In this document: in pieces, positions 32,099 to 41,829 of the stretch | How positions within the stretch are numbered: the first letter of the stretch is position 1 | Layout of the letters: every line of letters starts with the position of its first letter | Origin: Candidatus Omnitrophota bacterium | GTDB lineage: Bacteria > Omnitrophota > Gorgyraeia > Zapsychrales > Fredricksoniimonadaceae | Assembly (NCBI GenBank): GCA_015233145.1 | Contig: JADFYI010000002.1 | Location: forward strand, 120,858-184,857 | Reading direction: 5' to 3' | Length of the DNA stretch: 64,000 nucleotides | Made by a program: the position numbers and the translations under genes | Notes under the pieces: generated by a model | What the model was told of the DNA's origin: nothing | Database searches by the model: none | The model's input: the letters and a program-made list of their open reading frames with translations, nothing else

Positions 32099-32794
32099 TT
32101 AAAACCTTCCCCCGAAAATATAAACAAGCGCAATTCCCAAACCCAAAAACACTGCCGCAAGGATAATACAGGCAAAACTTTTTTGTTTCTCTACAGACCG
32201 GTTCAAAAAACGGCCAGGCATCATTTGAAAAGCCGCGAACCATACGGCCCCGATCCAAAGAGAACTCGCCACAGAATAAATCAAAAGCTTTCCAAAAACA
32301 AACCACTTAAACCCGGGATAAGCAAAACTATTCAGCGTGATCGTGACCGTATAATTCGGCGGCCAAACAACGCTGGCCAGAAGAGAAATCGCGCATCCCC
32401 AGGCCACAAGCAAAGACATGACCAGCGGATGCACTGAAACCTTTTCCATAAGCCTCAAAACAAGAGGGCTGCGAAGGCTCTTATGCGCATAACCATGCCA
32501 GTCATAAAGAAACACTGCGCCTGAAATCAAGAACATGACGCCGAGAAAGATATAATAAATATTTGCAAAAAACGCGTAACCCCGGGTGGAAAAAAAGCTC
32601 AAATCCCCCATAAGCGTCAAAAACAAAGAACAAAAAATATAAGAAACCAGAAAATGAAAAGCAAACCCGTTCCTGGCTTTATCATGGGGAAACGGCAAAA
32701 ACATAAAAAGAGCAAACAAGCCCAAAACCGCCAGCCGGCAAGGATTAAGCCCGTCTAAAATTCCCGGCATGACCAAAGCCCAGAGATCATCCAT
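32099..32794 (-). CDS. polytopic membrane protein, family uncertain (N-terminal GLNPC motif reminiscent of CcdA/DsbD-type proteins)
   Basis: 231 aa with about 6 predicted TM helices. Only weak motif-level resemblance. Confidence 0.55.
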   Translation of the reverse strand: MDDLWALVMPGILDGLNPCRLAVLGLFALFMFLPFPHDKARNGFAFHFLVSYIFCSLFLTLMGDLSFFSTRGYAFFANIYYIFLGVMFLISGAVFLYDWHGYAHKSLRSPLVLRLMEKVSVHPLVMSLLVAWGCAISLLASVVWPPNYTVTITLNSFAYPGFKWFVFGKLLIYSVASSLWIGAVWFAAFQMMPGRFLNRSVEKQKSFACIILAAVFLGLGIALVYIFGGRF

Positions 32795-32818
32795 GAACAG
32801 CTCTCCTTGTGATCGTCA

Positions 32819-34408
32819 TCAAACATTCAACATTTTGACAAACTGGATGCCCTTGATGCCCTTGATCGTGTCAATGACGCCTGTAGACACAGGGCCATCG
32901 ACATTGACAACGCTCACGGCCATGGCCCCAGCCTTTTCACGGCCAAAAGTAATATACGCGATATTAATCTTGGCATCCCCCAGAACCGTCCCTACCGCAC
33001 CCACAATGCCGGGGACATCATTATTACGGATAAAAAGAATGTTACCTGAGGGGACTGCCTCAACATAAACATTGTCAACCTTCACAATGCGCGGTTTTTT
33101 ATTCGACGAAAGCGTGCCCCACACCTCAAGGGTCTGTTTATCTGTCACGATTTCAAGCTTGATAAAATTAACAAACTCTTCTTCCTTGCTGGAATGAATC
33201 TCCTGGATGTCAATGCCGCGCTCTTTGGCAATGTCCAAGGAATTAATGGCGTTGACATTTTCAACCAGGATCGGCTTTAAAACACCATGGGAAATCGCCA
33301 TGGTAACCGGCATCACATTATATTTCGTGAGAAGCCCGTTATAAGTAATCCTGATCGTTTTAAGCCCGCCGGAAACAAGCTGTCCGGCAAATTTCCCCAG
33401 CTTATCGCCAAGGTCAATATAAGGCTCAAGAATTTTATATGTTTCCTCATCCAGAGAAGGAAAATTCGCGGCATTGCGGATGCCCTTCCCTAAAAGCGCA
33501 TCGCGCACGGTATAGGCAATTTCAATGGCAACGTTCACCTGAGCTTCCACGGTGGACGCTCCCAAATGCGGCGTCACAACGCAGTTGTCAAACTTAAGAA
33601 CCCCTAAGTCTGCCGGTGGAGGCTCCTGGTCAAACACGTCTAACGCCGCCCCTGCAATACGCTTAGTCTCAAGGGCTTTGGCCAGAGCCGCTTCATCAAT
33701 AATACCGCCGCGCGCGCAATTGATCAGGCGCACGGTTTTTTTCATCATTGCGATTTCTTTTTCACCAATCATCCCCTTGGTTTCCTCGGTCTTGGGCACA
33801 TGAACCGTGATGAAATCGGAATTCTTAATAAGGTCTTCCAGCGGCGCCATATTGATCCCACGTTTAGCAGCCATTTCAGCAGACAAAAACGGGTCATAAG
33901 CTTTGATGGTCATGCCAAACCCCTGGGCAAACTTGGCCACGGTTGATCCGATACGGCCCAACCCAATGACACCCAAAGTTTTTCCATAAAGCTCAACGCC
34001 GCCATATTTGCTGCGTTCCCATTTGCCATTCTTGAGCGCTCCATGAGCCTGAGGAATATTACGCGCCAAAGACATGATCAGGCTAAAGGCATGTTCAGCA
34101 GTTGAGGTGGTGTTGCCGCCGGGAGTATTCATGGCAATGATGCCGCGCTTGGTGGCAGCCTTAAGGTCCACATTGTCCAGGCCAACACCGGCGCGCCCGA
34201 TCACTTTCAGCTTTGTTGCCGCATTAATAATATCTTCCGTCACTTGCGTGCCGCTGCGGACAATCAGGGCATCATAATCTTTTATGATGTCTTTCAGCTG
34301 CTCCGGTTTAAGGTCGTATTTTGTGTCAACCTCAAACACATTACCTTCTTTCAATATTTTCAAACCTTCTTCGGCCAGTTTATCGCTGACCAGCACTTTC
34401 ATTGTCAT
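32819..34408 (-). CDS. serA: D-3-phosphoglycerate dehydrogenase, long form with ASB/ACT domains
   Basis: 529 aa with NAD site GLGRIG and a C-terminal ACT-like region. Confidence 0.95.
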   Translation of the reverse strand: MTMKVLVSDKLAEEGLKILKEGNVFEVDTKYDLKPEQLKDIIKDYDALIVRSGTQVTEDIINAATKLKVIGRAGVGLDNVDLKAATKRGIIAMNTPGGNTTSTAEHAFSLIMSLARNIPQAHGALKNGKWERSKYGGVELYGKTLGVIGLGRIGSTVAKFAQGFGMTIKAYDPFLSAEMAAKRGINMAPLEDLIKNSDFITVHVPKTEETKGMIGEKEIAMMKKTVRLINCARGGIIDEAALAKALETKRIAGAALDVFDQEPPPADLGVLKFDNCVVTPHLGASTVEAQVNVAIEIAYTVRDALLGKGIRNAANFPSLDEETYKILEPYIDLGDKLGKFAGQLVSGGLKTIRITYNGLLTKYNVMPVTMAISHGVLKPILVENVNAINSLDIAKERGIDIQEIHSSKEEEFVNFIKLEIVTDKQTLEVWGTLSSNKKPRIVKVDNVYVEAVPSGNILFIRNNDVPGIVGAVGTVLGDAKINIAYITFGREKAGAMAVSVVNVDGPVSTGVIDTIKGIKGIQFVKMLNV

Positions 34409-34423
34409 CGCAAAAAACTCCTT

Positions 34424-35563
34424 TTAACTGTTAAACACCTTCTGGGCTGCCGCAAGGCTTGCGCCCAACTCAAACTTATGCCCGGCTTCTTTAAGAACTT
34501 TTTCCAGGCAGGAAAGCCCTGTCAAAATATCATACTCATCCACAGCACCCATATGGGCAATGCGGACAACCTTGCCATCAAGCTCACCCTGGCCGCCGGC
34601 AAACGTAATGCCATGCACATCGCGCATGGTCTTGACGATCTTCTTGGGGTTCAAGGCCTCAGGGATCACAATGGCGGTCAGTGCCCTTGAGCGGAACTTG
34701 GGGTCTGCATAAACCTTAAGGCCCATAGCCTCGGCCGCGGCCCACACTGCCCTGGCCATTTTAAGATAATATTCCTGTTTTTTATCAAGCCCCTCGCTCA
34801 AAAGCATTTTAATGGCTTCATTTAAGGCAATCACAATCCCGATCGCCGGAGTAAACGGCGTATCAATGTCAGCCAGGGCTTTCTTGGATTTTCTGAGGTC
34901 AAAATAATAACGGACGTTGGTGGAAGAGGCAATCATCGCAATCGCCTTTGCGCTCACCGCCACAATCCCGACTCCCGGCGGAAGCATGAGTCCCTTATGA
35001 GAACCCGAGCAAACCACATCCACACCCCACCCGTCCATGGCCATGGGTTCTGTGCCCAAAGCGCTTACAGAATCCGCAACAAGAACAGCTGTGCCTGATT
35101 TCATGACAGCACCAATCGCCTGAAGATCAGGAGTTACGGACGTTGATGTCTCGCACTGCGTCAAAAACACAGCCTTGGCATCAGGATTTTGGGCCAATGC
35201 TGCCTTGATTTCCTCAGCCGTCACAGCCTTGCCCCATTGAATTTTTAAAACAACGGGAACCGCTTTATAAGCCTTCACAAGCTCTGTCCAGCGTTCGCCG
35301 AATTTTCCGTATTCAACGGTGATCGCTTTATCACCGGGAGAAAGAAGGTTTGAGACTGCAGCTTCCATGGCGCCGGTGCCGGAAGATGCCAGAAGGTAAA
35401 CATCGCTCGACGTCCCGATAATTTTCTTAAGGCCATCGTTCACTTCCTTAAGAACCTGCTGGAACTGGGGTGTGCGGTGATGGATAATCGGCTTTCCTAA
35501 AATTTCACAAAGCTCAACCGGAACCTTTGACGGGCCCGGGGTTAATAACAAATTCCTCTTCAT
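34424..35563 (-). CDS. class V aminotransferase (AGXT/serine-pyruvate family), probable phosphoserine aminotransferase by context
   Basis: 379 aa with the PLP-Lys region SGSHKGLMLPPG. It lies immediately upstream of serA. Confidence 0.8.
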   Translation of the reverse strand: MKRNLLLTPGPSKVPVELCEILGKPIIHHRTPQFQQVLKEVNDGLKKIIGTSSDVYLLASSGTGAMEAAVSNLLSPGDKAITVEYGKFGERWTELVKAYKAVPVVLKIQWGKAVTAEEIKAALAQNPDAKAVFLTQCETSTSVTPDLQAIGAVMKSGTAVLVADSVSALGTEPMAMDGWGVDVVCSGSHKGLMLPPGVGIVAVSAKAIAMIASSTNVRYYFDLRKSKKALADIDTPFTPAIGIVIALNEAIKMLLSEGLDKKQEYYLKMARAVWAAAEAMGLKVYADPKFRSRALTAIVIPEALNPKKIVKTMRDVHGITFAGGQGELDGKVVRIAHMGAVDEYDILTGLSCLEKVLKEAGHKFELGASLAAAQKVFNS

Positions 35564-35595
35564 GATAAATCCCTTTCCTTCCTGAAAACTTTTAA

Positions 35596-36207
35596 TTAAA
35601 CTTTAACCGGTAATGATTCTATAACGCCATCTACCAATCCGTAATCTTTGGCCTCCACCGCAGACATAAAGAAATCACGATCTGAATCTTTCATGACCTT
35701 GTCTATCGGCTGATGGGAATGCTTGGCAATAATGCCAGTCAGATTCTCTTTCATCCTGAGGATTTCCCTGGCCTGAATGGAAATATCGCTGGCTGTTCCT
35801 TCGGCCCCGCCCCAGGGCTGATGGATCATGATACGGGCATTCGGAAGCGCAAACCGTTTCCCTGCGGCTCCGGCTGTTAAAAGCACAGCCCCCATGCTCG
35901 CGGCCTGCCCGAGGCAGTAGGTGGCCACTTTAGGCTTGACAAACTGCATGGTGTCATAAATCGCGAGCCCTGCCGTGACAGATCCGCCCGGAGAATTGAT
36001 GTAAAGGCTGATATCTTTTTGAGGGTCTTCCGACTGCAAAAACAATAACTGCGCCACCACCAGGTTGGCCACGACATCATCAATGGCTGTTCCCAAAAAA
36101 ATAATTCGGTCCTTGAGCAAACGTGAATAAATATCATACGCGCGTTCCGCATGGCCCGTGGTTTCTATGACCATCGGGACTAAAGTTGACCGGACAGGTT
36201 GAGTCAT
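35596..36207 (-). CDS. clpP: ATP-dependent Clp protease proteolytic subunit
   Basis: 203 aa from MTQPV (ATG 36207, GGAGG SD, ATGA overlap with the tig stop). The catalytic residues sit in GQAASMG, IHQP and DRDFF. Confidence 0.95.
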   Translation of the reverse strand: MTQPVRSTLVPMVIETTGHAERAYDIYSRLLKDRIIFLGTAIDDVVANLVVAQLLFLQSEDPQKDISLYINSPGGSVTAGLAIYDTMQFVKPKVATYCLGQAASMGAVLLTAGAAGKRFALPNARIMIHQPWGGAEGTASDISIQAREILRMKENLTGIIAKHSHQPIDKVMKDSDRDFFMSAVEAKDYGLVDGVIESLPVKV

Positions 36208-37097
36208 GATTTTTCCTCCCATTTAGCTTCTTTCAAAAGGAACTCCATCACCTTAACAGCAAGATTCTCGCCTTTTTCAACTGAAATGTTTTCCAGTTCC
36301 GCTATTTTTTGAAGGAGCAAGAAAACTTTCACGTCTTTTTCTGCGGCCTCCCTGATCTCCTTCTTTGACTCTTCTATTTTCTTGGCAATATCCTCATCCT
36401 TGGCGCCATAGGCTTTCAGCCTGCGGTGGAATTCCTGAAGGCGGCCCTCAAGCTGACGGTCAACCAGAGACTGGGGCACGTCGAACTTGCTTTTTTTAAA
36501 TAATTCATCCACCAGCTGGTTTTCAATTTCCTGGCGGTTTTGGCGTTCTTTATCAATTTCAAGATTGCGTTTAAGCGCTTTCTTGAAATCTTCAAGCGTC
36601 GGGAATCCCATGCTTTTGGCAAACGCGTCATCAAGCTCTGCCTTGTCATCAAGGCCGCGCCCTTTCTTAAAATAATCTATGGTCTTGTTGATCTCTTCAT
36701 CGGAAACTTCAGGCGTCTTTTTCGTGACCGGAATCCCTTTATAGTCCTTGATCTCAACTTTCGGACGAACGTCAAAAGTGGCGCGGAATTTAAGAATTCC
36801 TTCATTCAGTTCCACCTGGTCAATGGCTGGGAAATCAATCGGGTCTAAATTCTCACCCTTGACCCCTTCCTGATAAACTTCAGGAATAAGCCCTTTTAAC
36901 ATCTCTTCGCGGGCCACGCTGCTGTGGGCGGTCTGGACCATATTTTTAGGAGCCTTGCCCTTGCGGAAACCCGGAATCTTGGCATGCTTCGTAATTTCAC
37001 TTAAAACTTCGTCAAGCTTTTTAGCCACACGGTCTTTCGGGACCTCAAAGTGCATTTCCCGTCTTAATGCGTCAATTTTCTTTACAGATACCTTCAT
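36204..37097 (-). CDS. tig: trigger factor lacking the PPIase (FKBP) domain
   Basis: 297 aa from MKVSVKK (ATG 37097, AAGGAG SD). The ribosome-binding motif GFRKGKAP is present. N- and C-terminal TF domains are contiguous with no FKBP segment. The track ORF extends 38 aa further upstream. Confidence 0.85.
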   Translation of the reverse strand: MKVSVKKIDALRREMHFEVPKDRVAKKLDEVLSEITKHAKIPGFRKGKAPKNMVQTAHSSVAREEMLKGLIPEVYQEGVKGENLDPIDFPAIDQVELNEGILKFRATFDVRPKVEIKDYKGIPVTKKTPEVSDEEINKTIDYFKKGRGLDDKAELDDAFAKSMGFPTLEDFKKALKRNLEIDKERQNRQEIENQLVDELFKKSKFDVPQSLVDRQLEGRLQEFHRRLKAYGAKDEDIAKKIEESKKEIREAAEKDVKVFLLLQKIAELENISVEKGENLAVKVMEFLLKEAKWEEKS

Positions 37098-37153
37098 GAT
37101 AATAACCGCTCCTTTATGTCGTTGTCTTGTGTTATTGATCCCAAAACTACCCC

Positions 37154-37216
37154 CAGCCCTTCGGGCTGTTGGAGTAAATTTTGGGGTATGGAAACCTAAT
37201 AATTTCCCCAAAATTT
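37154..37216 (-). terminator. two stem-loops after lptB (weak terminator candidate)
   Basis: AAATTTTGGGG (37176..37186) pairs with CCCCAAAATTT (37206..37216). CAGCCC-TTC-GGGCTG lies at 37154..37168. Only a short U-run follows on the minus strand. Confidence 0.3.
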
Positions 37217-37937
37217 ACATCGTGAATTTTTCGCCCAAATATATTTTCCGCGCTTTGGGGTCGTTGATCAAGTCCTGGGCTGTGCCGGAAATCAAAATTC
37301 TTCCCTCAGCCACCAAATACGCCCTGTCGACGATGGATAAAGTTTCCCGGACATTATGGTCTGTTAATAATATCCCCAAACCTCTGTTTTTCAATTCTTT
37401 TATGATTTCTTGCGCTTCCGCAACCACAATGGGGTCTATCCCGGAAAAAGGTTCATCCAGCAAAAGAAAAGAAGGATTGGTCACAAGCGCCCTTGTAATC
37501 TCCAAACGCCTCCGTTCTCCCCCTGAAAGCGTATAAGCCTTGCTTTTGGCCAAATGCGCAATGTTAAGCTCTTCCAACAGAGATTCCAGGCGGCGACGGC
37601 GCTCCCGCGGCCCGATATCCAACGTCTCCAGGACTGCCATGATATTTTCTTCCACAGTCAGCTTACGAAAAATCGACGGCTCCTGGGCCAGATACCCCAT
37701 CCCCAGCTTGCACCGGTCATGAATAGGCACCTTGGTAATGTCTTCCTGGTCAAAATAGATGCTCCCGGAATCAGGATGGACAATCCCGACAGCCATATAA
37801 AAGCTCGTGGTCTTGCCCGCGCCATTGGGCCCCAAAAGCCCGACGATCTCGGAACGGCCCACGGAAAGGCTGAGTCCATTGACAACATTTCTCATGTTGT
37901 ACGTTTTTACCAAATCTTTGACTTCCAAAAGGTCCAT
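37215..37937 (-). CDS. lptB: LPS export ABC transporter ATP-binding protein LptB
   Basis: 240 aa with GPNGAGKTTSF and LSGGERRRLEI. It is adjacent to lptA and kdsCD as in E. coli. Confidence 0.92.
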   Translation of the reverse strand: MDLLEVKDLVKTYNMRNVVNGLSLSVGRSEIVGLLGPNGAGKTTSFYMAVGIVHPDSGSIYFDQEDITKVPIHDRCKLGMGYLAQEPSIFRKLTVEENIMAVLETLDIGPRERRRRLESLLEELNIAHLAKSKAYTLSGGERRRLEITRALVTNPSFLLLDEPFSGIDPIVVAEAQEIIKELKNRGLGILLTDHNVRETLSIVDRAYLVAEGRILISGTAQDLINDPKARKIYLGEKFTM

Positions 37938-37945
37938 AATTTTTC

Positions 37946-38809
37946 CTAGAATTTAAGAGCGTCCGCACTGGTACGGTCACCGGGGTCAAGGATCAGCTTG
38001 GGCTTGCCGGTTAAAACCATGCGCTGCTCATCCGCCTTATAAATTAAACTTTCAGAATGAGTGATATTATTGCCCTGAAAAACCGAAACATGGCCTGTAC
38101 AAACAATTTCCTTGATTTTTCTTGTTTTCTGGTCGAAATGGACATCCATACGGTCAGCCTTTAACTTCCGGCCCGTGGCAATCTCAAAAGCAATGACATT
38201 ATCCGTAAAAACAGCGGTCTGGGTGTTCTGGTCGATCTCCATGGGGCCGTCGGATGTAATTTGAATGCGGCCGCCCTTTTTATCTTTTGTCTCGGACTTG
38301 ATATCTGCCGTAACACCGCTGTGAAGCGTGGCCTCTTTTAAAGATGGATGCGCATCCATTCCCGTGCCTTTGATCTTCATAGTTTCATCTTCAAGCGTCA
38401 CGACATCCTCGGTCTTCACAACATCCTTGCCTCTTTGCCAATCCAGGGTGTCGGTTTTCATCTGCGCGCCGCTTTCCGAGGTGATGACAACATTATTTTC
38501 CAGATGAACGTTTCCTGTGGCTTTGTCAATCACGCCCTTTTCCGCCATAAGATTGGTATCTTCATCGCCATAAGAATTGGCATTCACCTTGTTCACAGCC
38601 ACTTTGTTATCATTAATATCCGCGGTATCTCCCTTGATATCCCAGCTCTTTTCACCGCCCTCGGCATATCCTGAAAGGTTAAAGCCCTCCATCTGCTGGG
38701 GGACGCCCTGCGGAGACTTTTCTTTAACCGTGGAAGCGTCCTGGGCATAAACCTCAAAACCCAGCCCGCACAACAAAAGCATAGAAAAAAAACAAAGAGA
38801 AAGCTTCAT
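37946..38809 (-). CDS. lptA: OstA/LptA-family periplasmic LPS transport protein (long form)
   Basis: 287 aa from ATG 38809 (ATGA overlap with the kdsC stop), or a GTG start at 38821. It has a signal peptide ending VYAQ, and repeated beta-strand OstA-like sequence. Confidence 0.7.
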   Translation of the reverse strand: MKLSLCFFSMLLLCGLGFEVYAQDASTVKEKSPQGVPQQMEGFNLSGYAEGGEKSWDIKGDTADINDNKVAVNKVNANSYGDEDTNLMAEKGVIDKATGNVHLENNVVITSESGAQMKTDTLDWQRGKDVVKTEDVVTLEDETMKIKGTGMDAHPSLKEATLHSGVTADIKSETKDKKGGRIQITSDGPMEIDQNTQTAVFTDNVIAFEIATGRKLKADRMDVHFDQKTRKIKEIVCTGHVSVFQGNNITHSESLIYKADEQRMVLTGKPKLILDPGDRTSADALKF

Positions 38810-39309
38810 TTGATTGTCCACTTCCCCTGGGCTTTAAGGATTTTCTCAACAACCTCACGCACGGCACCCCTCCCGCCATGACACCGGGTAACGTAATGGG
38901 CCACACCTTTCAATTCCGGTGCAGCATTAGAAACAGCCACAGCAAAACCCACACGCGAAAGGATCTCAAAGTCCGGCAAATCATCCCCTATAAAACACAC
39001 CTCATCATCTTTGACATGAAATTTTTCAAGCATATCCCCATAGGCTGTGACCTTCGGAGAAACGCCCAGATAAACCTTGTCGATCTTAAGGTCATCCGTA
39101 CGCGCCTTGACAGCCCGGCAGCCGCGCGCAGAAATAACCGCTGTTTTAAGGCCTGCTTTACGAATACGCGCAATGCCATAACCGTCGCGCACGTCAAAAA
39201 ACTTGAGTTCCTTCCCATCGCCGTCATAAACAATACGGCCGTCTGTCATGACACCATCAACATCCATGGCCAGAACTTTGATTTTCTTTAATCTTTTTAA
39301 TCCGCTCAT
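38806..39309 (-). CDS. kdsC: 3-deoxy-D-manno-octulosonate 8-phosphate phosphatase
   Basis: 167 aa, HAD with DVDGVMTDG, in KdsC-family context. Confidence 0.92.
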   Translation of the reverse strand: MSGLKRLKKIKVLAMDVDGVMTDGRIVYDGDGKELKFFDVRDGYGIARIRKAGLKTAVISARGCRAVKARTDDLKIDKVYLGVSPKVTAYGDMLEKFHVKDDEVCFIGDDLPDFEILSRVGFAVAVSNAAPELKGVAHYVTRCHGGRGAVREVVEKILKAQGKWTIK

Positions 39310-40268
39310 CGGATAAGCCCTGCTTTCAGTAAATCCTGGACATCCAAAAGCCCCACCAGACGATTTTTACAGTCCACCACAGGAAGCTCGTCAACTTTCT
39401 TCTGAATAAGAAGTTCAAACGCCTCAACCGCCAGCCGGTCCTTATCAATGGTCAAGGGTGATTTGGTCATAACCTCGCTAACCTCCCGGTTCAACAACGC
39501 TTCATCTTCCTTCAAATGCCGGCGGAGGTCACCATCCGTAAAAATACCGACAAATTTCTTTTTAGCATCCACAATGCATGCCGAGCCGCAGCGCGCCGCT
39601 GTAATTTCCAAAAGGACTTCTTTGACAGGTGTTGTCGTTGCAACCACGGCAAAATGCCTGCCCTTGCGCATAACGTCTTCCACTTTCAACAGCAGCCTTC
39701 GGCCCAAACTTCCGCCAGGATGAAAAAACGCAAAATCCTCCTGCTTAAAATTCTTACGATCAATGAGACATGCGGCCAACGCATCACCCATAGCCAAAGT
39801 CGCTGTGGTAGACGCCATAGGCGCCAGCCCCAGGGGGCAGCCTTCTTTATCAACGCCGACATTTAAAACCAGGTCGCAATACCGGGCTAAGGATGATTTC
39901 AGGTCTCCGGTCATGGCAATGGTTTTACAACCAATCTTTTTCAGGCTCGGAAGAAGCCTCACAGTCTCTTCGGTTTCTCCGCTTGAGGAAATGAGAATCA
40001 CCACATCCTCGCGGCCAACCTGCCCCAAATCGCCATGCACAGCTTCCGCACTGTGCATAAAAATGCTGGGTGTTCCCGTGGAAGACAATGTGGCTGAAAT
40101 CTTATGGCCGATAATTCCGGTTTTCCCCATGCCAGCCACAACCACACGGCCTTTGCATTTTGTGATAATGGAAACAGCTTTCTTAAAATTATCATCGAGC
40201 CTGCTGATCAAAGATTTTAAGGCAGCGGCTTCAATCTCAAGAACATCTTTGGCACGTTTTAATGGCAT
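39306..40268 (-). CDS. kdsD: arabinose-5-phosphate isomerase (SIS + tandem CBS)
   Basis: 320 aa with the SIS motif VVVAGMGKTG and a C-terminal CBS pair. Confidence 0.93.
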   Translation of the reverse strand: MPLKRAKDVLEIEAAALKSLISRLDDNFKKAVSIITKCKGRVVVAGMGKTGIIGHKISATLSSTGTPSIFMHSAEAVHGDLGQVGREDVVILISSSGETEETVRLLPSLKKIGCKTIAMTGDLKSSLARYCDLVLNVGVDKEGCPLGLAPMASTTATLAMGDALAACLIDRKNFKQEDFAFFHPGGSLGRRLLLKVEDVMRKGRHFAVVATTTPVKEVLLEITAARCGSACIVDAKKKFVGIFTDGDLRRHLKEDEALLNREVSEVMTKSPLTIDKDRLAVEAFELLIQKKVDELPVVDCKNRLVGLLDVQDLLKAGLIR

Positions 40269-41086
40269 TTGACAATCCTGTCAATTTTTATCATGTCCCT
40301 CAAAAGCGGTTCCAGCTGTCCTAAAGGAATCATATTAGGCCCGTCGGAAAGTGCTTTTTTGGGGTTAACATGCGTTTCCATAAAAACCGCATCCACTCCT
40401 GCAGCCACGCCTGCGCGCGCCAGAAGGGGAACAAACTCGCTCTTGCCCCCTGTGGCCTCCCCAAGCCCGCCGGGCTGCTGCACGCTGTGGGTCACATCAT
40501 AAACAACCGGATACCCGGTCTCACGCATGATTTGGAAAGCGCGAAAATCCGTAACCAGGTTGTTATACCCGAAAGAAACGCCCCGCTCGGTCAAAAGAAT
40601 TTTATGGTTGCGAACCGCTTCAATCTTTTTCACAATGGCTTTGACATCCCACGGCGCCAAAAACTGTCCTTTTTTGATATTAATCACTTTCCCCGTCAAC
40701 GCCGCGGCCTGAACAAGGCTCGTCTGACGGCAAAGAAACGCAGGAATCTGGATAATATCAAGAACCTTTGCCGCAAGGTCAACTTCTGCAATATCATGCA
40801 CATCGCTTATGACAGGGACAGAAAAACGTTCTTTGATTTCTTTGAGGATTTCCAACCCGGCCTTGAGCCCCGGCCCCCGAAAAGAATTAACGGATGTACG
40901 ATTAGCCTTATCGTAGCTGACCTTAAAGACATAAGGAATTTTCAAACGCCTGGCAATCTTTATCAAATCAGCCGCCATTTTAACCGTGGCTTTGCGGCTC
41001 TCAATGACACACGGGCCTGCGATGAGAACAAAAGGATTATTCCCGCCGAATAGAACATCATTGACTTTAACAACACGTGTTTTCAT
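40259..41086 (-). CDS. kdsA: 3-deoxy-8-phosphooctulonate synthase
   Basis: 275 aa with full-length KdsA similarity (IQIPAFLCRQT). Confidence 0.95.
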   Translation of the reverse strand: MKTRVVKVNDVLFGGNNPFVLIAGPCVIESRKATVKMAADLIKIARRLKIPYVFKVSYDKANRTSVNSFRGPGLKAGLEILKEIKERFSVPVISDVHDIAEVDLAAKVLDIIQIPAFLCRQTSLVQAAALTGKVINIKKGQFLAPWDVKAIVKKIEAVRNHKILLTERGVSFGYNNLVTDFRAFQIMRETGYPVVYDVTHSVQQPGGLGEATGGKSEFVPLLARAGVAAGVDAVFMETHVNPKKALSDGPNMIPLGQLEPLLRDMIKIDRIVKCH

Positions 41087-41829
41087 TATTTTCCTTGCTG
41101 ACGAAGAAAGTAATCGTTTATTTTCTTTAAATCTTGAGGCGTATCAACACCGATTGTTTCATAATCCGTTAAAACCGTTTTTATCTTGTAGCCGGCTTCA
41201 AGGACACGCAATTGCTCCAGCGATTCCTCCTGCTCTAAAAAGGATTTTGGCCATGAACAATAATCCAGCAAGAAATCCCGGCGATAAGCATAAATCCCCA
41301 GATGCCTGAAACAACGGGAATAGTCTTCCACTTTTCCATCACGATGGAAAGGAATGGCCGCCCGAGAGAAGTAAAGCGCGTTCCATGTCCGGTCCACAAC
41401 AACCTTGACGATATTCGAATTGTTAAATTCTTCGGCTGTCCGGATCCGCTTAATCGCGGTTGTCATCACAGCGCCCATCTCTTTTTGAAGCGCATCCGCA
41501 AGGTCATCAATAAGCTTTGGCTCAATCAAGGGCTCATCGCCTTGAATATTCACAATCCCCTTGGCATCGGTTTGAAGCGCCACTTCCGCCACCCTGTCCG
41601 AACCGGAAACATGGTCCTTGCGGGTCAAAACAGCGTGCGCTCCAAATGACTTTGCCTTTTCAAAGACATGCTCCTCATCGCAGGCAATAATAACATCTGT
41701 CAAAGTTTTGGCTTGTTTGGCCCTTTCCCAAACATGCTGCAGCATGGGCTTTCCCGCAATATCAGCAAGGATCTTACCCGGAAAACGTGTGGAAGCCCAT
41801 CGGGCAGGAATAACGCCGATTAATGCCAT
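41086..41829 (-). CDS. kdsB: 3-deoxy-manno-octulosonate cytidylyltransferase
   Basis: 247 aa with IPARWASTRFPGK and NIQGDEP. Confidence 0.95.
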   Translation of the reverse strand: MALIGVIPARWASTRFPGKILADIAGKPMLQHVWERAKQAKTLTDVIIACDEEHVFEKAKSFGAHAVLTRKDHVSGSDRVAEVALQTDAKGIVNIQGDEPLIEPKLIDDLADALQKEMGAVMTTAIKRIRTAEEFNNSNIVKVVVDRTWNALYFSRAAIPFHRDGKVEDYSRCFRHLGIYAYRRDFLLDYCSWPKSFLEQEESLEQLRVLEAGYKIKTVLTDYETIGVDTPQDLKKINDYFLRQQGK

